Source: Gemmatimonadota bacterium (GTDB taxonomy: Bacteria; Gemmatimonadota; Gemmatimonadetes; Gemmatimonadales; GWC2-71-9). From it: 64,000 nt of DNA. Made by a program: the position numbers and the translations under genes. The notes under the pieces were generated by a model that was not told the DNA's origin, ran no database searches, and saw nothing but the letters and a program-made list of their open reading frames with translations. This document shows positions 57,949 through 64,000 of this stretch, piece after piece (position 1 is the first letter of the stretch; every line of letters starts with the position of its first letter). Where the stretch lies: assembly GCA_039591655.1 (NCBI GenBank), contig JBDHDE010000002.1:39995-103994 (forward strand). The letters are read 5' to 3'.

Positions 57949-58887
57949 CTAGAGCGCTGCGAGCTCCGCGCCGCAGCGCTCGCAGTACCACTCCGTGGGC
58001 AGGTTCTGGGCCCCGCATTCCCCACACGTCACAGTCTTGGCCGACCCCTTGGACGGACGGTCCTGTTCCGTCACCGGCCCCACGCCCTCTGCCCCGACAA
58101 GCGAGGCCCGCTCGCTGCGGGTCGTGGAGTCCACCGGCGGCGCCGCCGCCTCGTCCACCGGCACAGGCGAGGCCAGGTCCGGGGTCGACACACGGTGCAG
58201 TGTGCCACTCACCCGGGACGTCCTCGGGCGCCGCTCCTCCTCCTCGGTCACTGAGCGCAGGAACGCCAGCTCATCGAAGCCCTCCGCCGGCGTAGCGGAG
58301 GAGTCGCGCTTCCCGCTCCCCGCCGGGGTGGCGGGCTCGGCGGCGGGCTCGGCGCTGTGCTCGGAGGAGAGCTCCTTGATGGCAGGCGGCATCTCATCAA
58401 TCACTGCCGGCGGTGCCTCCGGAGGCTCGGGAGTCTCCGGCTCCGGCTCGCCCGCGTCCACCACCCCCATCACCTCCTCGATGCCGGCGATCTCCTCCTC
58501 GACGCCCTTCAGCTCCTCCCGGATCTTTACGAGGGACTCGAGAATCCCCGACCGGAGCTCCGACCACTTGGCCTCGCCAAACTCCCCCACGGTGTGCCGT
58601 AGCTCGGCCTCCGCCATCCGCTCAGAGACCGCGGCCTCCTGGCTGGCTAGCTCGTCGCGGGCCTTCTGTTGTTCCTCCAGCGCCGCCGTCAGCTCCGCCC
58701 GCATGCCCTGGAGCTCCTCCACAATGGCATCCCGCCGCTTCGCGTAGTCGGCCCGGACCTTGTGCCGCACCTGGTCCGGCGTCTTGTCCGCCGCCATATC
58801 CAGGCGCTCGAGCCACTGGGCGACCTGACGCTGTTCGTCGAGGAGTCGCTTGATGTCGGCCGTCGAGCGTTTTGAGCGTTTGGCCAT
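57949..58887 (-). CDS. coiled-coil protein (CdvA-like pattern) with C-terminal zinc ribbon
   Basis: About 140 aa heptad coiled coil, Pro/Glu/Ala disordered linker, CGECG..EWYCERCG; GAGG SD before ATG 58887. Confidence 0.75.
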   Translation of the reverse strand: MAKRSKRSTADIKRLLDEQRQVAQWLERLDMAADKTPDQVRHKVRADYAKRRDAIVEELQGMRAELTAALEEQQKARDELASQEAAVSERMAEAELRHTVGEFGEAKWSELRSGILESLVKIREELKGVEEEIAGIEEVMGVVDAGEPEPETPEPPEAPPAVIDEMPPAIKELSSEHSAEPAAEPATPAGSGKRDSSATPAEGFDELAFLRSVTEEEERRPRTSRVSGTLHRVSTPDLASPVPVDEAAAPPVDSTTRSERASLVGAEGVGPVTEQDRPSKGSAKTVTCGECGAQNLPTEWYCERCGAELAAL

Positions 58888-59024
58888 CTCGACCTCATGA
58901 AACGGCACGGGGCGCGAGGGAGCCCCCCCTGCCGGGGCGCCCGGCAGGGCTATCTGCTTAAGATAAAACAACTTTGACGATTTGCGCCAAACTCGGCAGC
59001 GGCGTACGTCACGAATCCACGGTT

Positions 59025-59062
59025 TGTGAAGACCGTCACACCGCTGTGGTGACCGTCACACC
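59025..59062. promoter_or_regulatory. tandem CRP/Rex-like palindromes with 20-bp period
   Basis: TGTGA-AGACCG-TCACA (59025-59040) and TGTGG-TGACCG-TCACA (59045-59060); GACCGTCACACC is directly repeated. Confidence 0.5.
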
Positions 59063-60319
59063 ACCCACGATCGTGCGCTCCACCAGCCCCTCAAGCTCCC
59101 AACCGCCGAACGGGGTGTTGCGACTCTTGGAGCGGAACTGCGCGGGTTCCACCACCCAACGGGCCTCAGGATCGAACACCACCACGTCGGCCGGTGACCC
59201 GCGGCGCAGCGTCCCACCGGGCAGGTGAAAGATCCGCGCCGGCTCGGTACTCATGCGCCGTATCAGCTCTGGCAGGGTGAGGCAGCCCGGCCCCACCAGC
59301 TTCGTGATGCCCAGGCCCAGGGCAGTCTCCAAGCCGATCACGCCGAAGGGGGCGTCGTCGAACTCCCGCTCCTTCAGCTCATAGTGATGCGGTGCGTGAT
59401 CGGTGGCGATGGCATCGAGGGTGCCGTCCTTGAGCCCATCAATCACGGCGGCGACGTCGGCCTCCTCCCGGAGCGGGGGGTTCATCTTGGCGTTGGTGTC
59501 GTAGCCCTCGCACGCCTCGTGGGTCAGCGCGAAGTGGTGGGGCGTGGCCTCGGCCGTGACGTTCACGCCGCGGTCCTTCGCGCGCCGGATGAACTCGACC
59601 GAGCCCCGCGTGGACATGTGGCACAGGTGGATGTGGCCCCCGGTGAGCTCGGCGAGGAGGAGATTGCGGACCACCATGATCTCCTCGCACGCCGCCGGAA
59701 TACCCCTGAGCCCCAGCCGTGCCGAGACCTTGCCCTCGTGCATCACTCCGTGCTTGAAGAGGTAGGGGTCCTCGCAGTGCTCGGCCACGGGAATCCCGAA
59801 GGACCGGGCGTACTCCAGGGCCGAGCGCATCAGCTGGCTCGAGATCACAGGATGGCCGTCGTCGCTCACTGCCACGGCCCCGGCGGCCACCATCTCACCG
59901 AACTCCGAGAGCTGCTCACCGTTCTGGCCCGGGGTCATCGCGCCGATGGGATAAACCCGCGCCGCCTCGGCCGCGGCTCCCTGCTTCACGATGAATCCCA
60001 CGGCCGCCTGATTGTCGGTCACCGGATCGGTGTTCGGCATGGCGCACACCGATGTGAAGCCCCCTACGGCCGCCGCCCGAGCACCTGTCGCGACCGTCTC
60101 GGCATCCTCGCGGCCGGGCTCCCGCAGATGGACATGGATATCCACCAGCCCGGGCGCGACGACCTTGCCGGAGACGTCGTGGGTCTCCGCTCCGTCCGGT
60201 GCCGCGAGGTTTCGCCCTAGGCCCTCGATCTTCCCCTCTACGAGCAGCAGATCTGCCGTGGCGTCGTGGTCCTGGGAGGGATCCACTACACGCCCGCCCT
60301 TGAGCAGCACCGGTCTCAT
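59036..60319 (-). CDS. pyrC: dihydroorotase (type I)
   Basis: [47 protein letters not shown]. Confidence 0.96.
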   Translation of the reverse strand: MRPVLLKGGRVVDPSQDHDATADLLLVEGKIEGLGRNLAAPDGAETHDVSGKVVAPGLVDIHVHLREPGREDAETVATGARAAAVGGFTSVCAMPNTDPVTDNQAAVGFIVKQGAAAEAARVYPIGAMTPGQNGEQLSEFGEMVAAGAVAVSDDGHPVISSQLMRSALEYARSFGIPVAEHCEDPYLFKHGVMHEGKVSARLGLRGIPAACEEIMVVRNLLLAELTGGHIHLCHMSTRGSVEFIRRAKDRGVNVTAEATPHHFALTHEACEGYDTNAKMNPPLREEADVAAVIDGLKDGTLDAIATDHAPHHYELKEREFDDAPFGVIGLETALGLGITKLVGPGCLTLPELIRRMSTEPARIFHLPGGTLRRGSPADVVVFDPEARWVVEPAQFRSKSRNTPFGGWELEGLVERTIVGGVTVTTAV

Positions 60320-61290
60320 TCTATCGCCTCCCGACCGCTTCCTTTGGCCGCCTCCGCGAGCTCCGGCCTCCCTCCCGCCAGCAGGTAAAGCACCGCCATG
60401 CGCACCGCCACGCCGTTGGTGACCTGGTCCAGGATCACACTGTGCGGCCCATCCGCCACACGCGAATCGATCTCCACCCCGCGGTTCATGGGACCCGGAT
60501 GCAGGATGAGGAGCTCACGCGGGGCCTGCTCCAGCCGCTCCAACGTCACCCCGAAGACGCGGTAGTACTCGCGCAGTGAGGGGATGTAGCCCGCCTTCAT
60601 GCGCTCCAATTGGAGCCGCAGCACGTTCAGCACGTCGGCCCACTCGATGGCGTCCTCGATCCGGCGGAACACCGTCACCCCGAGATCCTCGATTCCCCCC
60701 GGCATGAGGCTCTGCGGCCCGCACACCGCCACCTCGGCGCCGAGCTTCGTCAGCCCCCAGATGTTGCTGCGAGCCACGCGGCTGTGCAGGATGTCCCCGC
60801 AGATGCAGACCTTGAGCCCCTCGAAGCCCTCCAGCTTGTCCCGAATGGTCAGCATGTCGAGCAACGCCTGGGTGGGGTGCTCATGGGTGCCGTCGCCGCC
60901 GTTGATCACGTTGGAGCGGATGCGCTCGGCAAGGAACTTGGCCGCTCCCGACGACGGGTGGCGCATCACCACCATGTCGATCCGCATGGCTTCCAGGTTG
61001 CGGGCGGTGTCGACCAGGTTCTCACCCTTCTCCACCGAGGAACCCGCCGCCGCCACGTTCACGGTGTCGGCAGACAGTCGTTTCTCGGCGAACTCGAAGG
61101 AGATGCGGGTTCGGGTGGAGGCTTCGAAGAAGAGGTTGACGATGGTCTTGCCGCGGAGGGCCGGGACCTTCTTGATAGTGCGCTCACTGACTTCTTTGAA
61201 GGGCTCGGCGGTATCGAGGATGAGTTGGATCTGCTCCTTCGTGAGAGGCTCGAGGCCGAGCAGGTCCTTGCCGAGCGATGGAACGGTCAC
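60316..61290 (-). CDS. pyrB: aspartate carbamoyltransferase catalytic subunit
   Basis: [43 protein letters not shown]. Confidence 0.97.
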   Translation of the reverse strand: MTVPSLGKDLLGLEPLTKEQIQLILDTAEPFKEVSERTIKKVPALRGKTIVNLFFEASTRTRISFEFAEKRLSADTVNVAAAGSSVEKGENLVDTARNLEAMRIDMVVMRHPSSGAAKFLAERIRSNVINGGDGTHEHPTQALLDMLTIRDKLEGFEGLKVCICGDILHSRVARSNIWGLTKLGAEVAVCGPQSLMPGGIEDLGVTVFRRIEDAIEWADVLNVLRLQLERMKAGYIPSLREYYRVFGVTLERLEQAPRELLILHPGPMNRGVEIDSRVADGPHSVILDQVTNGVAVRMAVLYLLAGGRPELAEAAKGSGREAIE

Positions 61291-61838
61291 GTGTTCCCTC
61301 CCTCCACGAGCTCAACGGCATCCCGCCCATCCAACTCCGTGACTAGGACGTCCACCCGATCATGTGTCTGAGAAAACACCTTGGTGCCGACGATATCCGC
61401 CTGAATGGGAAGCTCACGGCCGCCGCGGTCCACCAGCACGCTGAGGCCGATGCGGGCCGGACGACCGAAGTCGGCCAACTGGTCCAGCGCCGCCCTGATC
61501 GTGCGACCGGTGAACAGCACGTCATCCACGATCATGACCCACTTGTGGTCCAGATCCACCGGCAGCCGGGTCTCCCCCACCACCGGACGCGGGCCGATCG
61601 TCTGGAGGTCGTCGCGGTACAGCGTAATATCCATGACGCCCAGCGGCACGTTGTGGCCCTCCGCCTGGGCGATCAGCTCCGCGAGCCGCTGGGCCAGGTC
61701 CGAGCCGCGGCGTTGGATCCCCACCAGCACGAGATGATCCGTGCCGCCGGCGAACTCGACTATCTCATGGGACATCCGCTCCAGCGCCTGGGTGACGCCG
61801 GAGTCGTCGAGGAGGATTCTACGTTCAGAGGGCGTCAT
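61287..61838 (-). CDS. pyrR: PyrR pyrimidine regulator / uracil phosphoribosyltransferase
   Basis: [40 protein letters not shown]. Confidence 0.95.
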   Translation of the reverse strand: MTPSERRILLDDSGVTQALERMSHEIVEFAGGTDHLVLVGIQRRGSDLAQRLAELIAQAEGHNVPLGVMDITLYRDDLQTIGPRPVVGETRLPVDLDHKWVMIVDDVLFTGRTIRAALDQLADFGRPARIGLSVLVDRGGRELPIQADIVGTKVFSQTHDRVDVLVTELDGRDAVELVEGGNT

Positions 61839-61849
61839 AGCTCGCCCGC

Positions 61850-61878
61850 AAGTTAGACGGGGCGGCGGAGAGCGTCAA
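61850..61878 (-). promoter_or_regulatory. sigma70-type promoter of pyrR-pyrB-pyrC, near-leaderless
   Basis: TTGACG-N17-TAACTT, 11 nt before the pyrR ATG. Confidence 0.7.
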
Positions 61879-61909
61879 CGCAGGGCAGATGGGCGTGGCC
61901 CACCCACAC

Positions 61910-62857
61910 CTACGGCGCCGGAGGTCGAGGCACTGGGGTGATGGGCGGCTCTCCTTCAAGCACCGCGCGCACGTTCCGAACGGCGAGCTCCGCCATGGCC
62001 TGGCGGGTGCGAGTCGTGGCGCTCCCGAGGTGTGGCAGCGCCACGACGCGAGGGTGCGCAACCAACCCGTCTGGGACGCGGGGCTCTTGCGCGAAGACAT
62101 CCAGGCCGGCCCCCCCAAGGTGCCCCCGCTCGAGGGCGTCGAGCAGGGCCTCCTCGTCCACCAGCTCGCCCCGCGCCGTGTTGATGAACAGCGCTCCGGC
62201 ACGCATCCGGGAGAACTCTTTGCGTCCGAACATCCGGCGGGTCTGTGAGGACGAGGGGACGTGCAGGCTCACGACATCGCTCCGGTCCAGGAGCTCGGCC
62301 AGGGCCACTTGCTCGGCGCCGGTCTCCTGCTCCAGCTCCGGCCGGGGAGCTGGGTCGGCATAGATGATCCTCATGCCGAAACCCACGGCCCGTCGCGCCA
62401 CCGCCTGGCCGATGCGTCCCGCCCCGACCACCCCCAGCACGGCACCACTCAGTTCGAGTCCGAGTAGCTGTGTGGGGTGCCACCCTTCCCACCGCCCTTC
62501 GGCCAGGAGGTCCTGACCTTCCTTGAGGCGCCGAGCCACTGCCAGAATGAGTGTCCACGCGAGGTCAGCGGTGGCCTCGGTGAGCACATCGGGCGTGTTG
62601 GTCACGACGACACCGTGCTGGGCGGCGGCCTCCAGATCGATGTTGTCGTAGCCCACAGCGCAGTTGGCCACGATGCGGAGATCGGGGAGCGCCTTGAGCT
62701 CCGCCTCGCCGATGCGACGCGAGAGCAGCGGAATGATGGCCACGTGGCTGCCTGCCGGCGTGGCGGTGGCGCTGGGTAGCCAGTTGACCGTGTAGCCGGG
62801 AACCGGATTCCGCGGCAGCAGGTCCACCAACTCGGCCGCGATGAGGACGATGGACAT
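61910..62857 (-). CDS. D-2-hydroxyacid dehydrogenase (glyoxylate/hydroxypyruvate reductase-like)
   Basis: AVGYDNID, NTPDVLTEATAD, GAGRIG, INTARG, LDVFAQEP, PHLGSAT. Confidence 0.92.
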   Translation of the reverse strand: MSIVLIAAELVDLLPRNPVPGYTVNWLPSATATPAGSHVAIIPLLSRRIGEAELKALPDLRIVANCAVGYDNIDLEAAAQHGVVVTNTPDVLTEATADLAWTLILAVARRLKEGQDLLAEGRWEGWHPTQLLGLELSGAVLGVVGAGRIGQAVARRAVGFGMRIIYADPAPRPELEQETGAEQVALAELLDRSDVVSLHVPSSSQTRRMFGRKEFSRMRAGALFINTARGELVDEEALLDALERGHLGGAGLDVFAQEPRVPDGLVAHPRVVALPHLGSATTRTRQAMAELAVRNVRAVLEGEPPITPVPRPPAP

Positions 62858-62871
62858 GGGTTGATCCGGGC

Positions 62872-62900
62872 TGGAAACTAGCCCATCGGCCACCTATTAT
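62872..62900 (+). promoter_or_regulatory. possible tRNA promoter
   Basis: TGGAAA-N17-TATTAT upstream of tRNA-Ser. Confidence 0.5.
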
Positions 62901-62954
62901 GCACCGGCACGCCCCGAATGGGCTCGGCACGAAGCAGCGGGGCGACACGCACCG

Positions 62955-63041
62955 GGAGAGGTGTCCGAGTGGTTGAAGGAGCCGGTCTCGAAAACCGGTA
63001 GGCCCTTGCGGGCCTCGTGGGTTCGAATCCCACCCTCTCCG
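62955..63041 (+). tRNA. tRNA-Ser (anticodon CGA), CCA not encoded
   Basis: Acceptor stem GGAGAGG/CCTCTCC plus G73, D-loop AGTGGTTGAA, anticodon arm CCGGT-CTCGAAA-ACCGG, long variable arm, GTTCGAATCC. Confidence 0.97.
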
Positions 63042-63078
63042 TAGCCAGGCGAGTCCACTCTCTATCCGCGACACCGCC

Positions 63079-63789
63079 ATGGAACAGTCCGCCTATCCCT
63101 CCAGCCCCAGGTGGCTACCCAGGCGCCTGCGACGCTACTTCGGGAGCTTCTCTTTTCTCCTGATCGCGCTGGTTGCACTCCTGCTGTTGCATCCGCTGCT
63201 GGCGGAGTCGACCCTGGAGCGGGAGTCCATCGGAGCCGGCTTCACCTTGATCTTCCTCGCCGGGCTGTATGCGGTGAAGGGAGAACGGCGGACGTTGATC
63301 ACGGGACTCGCCCTCGTGATCCCGGCAATCGCGGGAAGCTGGGTCAGCCTCTTCTTCGAGAGCCCGCTGCTGTATGCCGTGAGCCGGGCGCTGGAAGCCG
63401 TCTTCCTCCTGTACGTCACCGGCATCATCCTGCGTCACGTCATGACCGAGGACGACATCACGAACGACACCGTCTACGGCGCCGCCTGCGCGTATCTCCT
63501 CATCGGCCTAGTGTTCGCGGTGGTCTACTCCTGGCTGGAGTTCACGCAGCCGGGATCCTTCAGTGGCATCACCGTCGGGGGAGCGGGAGGTACCACGCAG
63601 CAACCCATCTGGCAGTTCACCTACTTCTCGCTGGTGACCATCACCACCCTGGGCTACGGCGACATCACGCCGCTGAGCGGTACCAGTCGCTCCCTGGCAA
63701 CGCTCGAGGCATTAGCCGGACAGTTCTACGTTGCGGTTCTCGTCGCCAGGATTGTGGCGATCCTCACGTACAAGCGCATGCGTTCCTGA
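63079..63789 (+). CDS. potassium channel family protein
   Basis: YFSLVTITTLGYGDITP selectivity filter; ~6 TM; no RCK or cNMP tail. Confidence 0.92.
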   Translation: MEQSAYPSSPRWLPRRLRRYFGSFSFLLIALVALLLLHPLLAESTLERESIGAGFTLIFLAGLYAVKGERRTLITGLALVIPAIAGSWVSLFFESPLLYAVSRALEAVFLLYVTGIILRHVMTEDDITNDTVYGAACAYLLIGLVFAVVYSWLEFTQPGSFSGITVGGAGGTTQQPIWQFTYFSLVTITTLGYGDITPLSGTSRSLATLEALAGQFYVAVLVARIVAILTYKRMRS

Positions 63790-63837
63790 CGATTCCCTCG
63801 CCCATGGCGCCGCAGCCAGCCGCGCCTGGGAGCCGCC

Positions 63838-63999
63838 TTACGGGAACGTCACGCCCAGCGTGAAGATCAGCAGGGTATTCGAGGTACCGAACAGCTCCTG
63901 GAAGAGAAAGTCCGCGTTCGGCGTGATGGAGACGGTCCGGCCCAGCGGGATGTCCCAGCCCACGCCGAAGGTGACGCCTAACCCCGTCTCCCACGTGCT
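63838..63999 (-). CDS. outer-membrane beta-barrel protein, C-terminal part (runs off window)
   Basis: Manual translation STWETGLGVTFGVGWDIPLGRTVSITPNADF...FTLGVTFP*; alternating amphipathic strands and a terminal aromatic residue. Confidence 0.7.
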   Translation of the reverse strand, partial: STWETGLGVTFGVGWDIPLGRTVSITPNADFLFQELFGTSNTLLIFTLGVTFP

Positions 64000-64000
64000 C

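Noticed and set aside
58320-58460. Short GC-rich repeats (GGCGGGCTCGGCG) in the coiled-coil gene
   Set aside because: They encode an AEPA/PEP low-complexity linker; not CRISPR or a mobile repeat
321-62363. Many long antisense or alternate-frame ORFs (e.g. 2884-4305, 14399-15991, 23867-25321, 43798-45708, 53175-54917)
   Set aside because: They shadow well-supported genes, are R/P/A/G-biased with no motifs, and are expected from stop-codon scarcity at high GC
62920-62945. GGCACG sequences upstream of the tRNA as sigma54 sites
   Set aside because: No TTGC/GC at the required -12 position
62955-64000. tRNA-Ser as a genomic-island insertion site
   Set aside because: No integrase, duplicated tRNA 3' end or compositional shift within the window; sequence beyond 64000 cannot be assessed

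Overview
A 64 kb, very GC-rich (roughly 68-70% by eye), gene-dense window of core bacterial chromosome. Gene content and protein style suggest Gemmatimonadota (inference). I found no mobile elements, integrases or CRISPR arrays. Minus strand 1-26.7 kb: nuoA-N (complex I), PMM/PGM, UPF0182, carbamate kinase-sucC-sucD-(PTS EIIA/CBS fusion)-ndk, and yceD-rpmF-plsX-fabH-fabD-fabG. Middle: dcd, membrane and secreted proteins, and a GNAT-NSAR/OSBS-M20 D-to-L amino acid salvage operon. Minus strand 35.6-57.5 kb: S2P-scpA-scpB-rluB, an uncharacterised Rossmann enzyme, and a ~16.5 kb translationally coupled run from a [DE]RR-repeat/HEAT protein through moxR-DUF58-Bat genes, mutL, miaA, bshA, uppP, birA, coaX and nrtS. 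End: rpsT, a CdvA-like coiled-coil/zinc-ribbon protein, pyrR-pyrB-pyrC, a 2-hydroxyacid dehydrogenase, tRNA-Ser(CGA), a K+ channel and a partial outer-membrane barrel. Best candidates for undescribed biology: (1) a sigma54-type promoter in front of an arginine-repeat (possibly c-di-GMP-binding) HEAT protein coupled to the MoxR-VWA module; (2) an EIIA-CBS sensor embedded in a phosphotransfer cluster that also holds an orphan carbamate kinase; (3) the CdvA-like protein behind tandem TGTGA-N6-TCACA boxes; (4) recurrent leaderless or near-leaderless promoters, including pyrR with no room for an attenuator. Product calls come from motif recognition only; no searches were run. Starts were trimmed to plausible codons where the ORF track over-extends.
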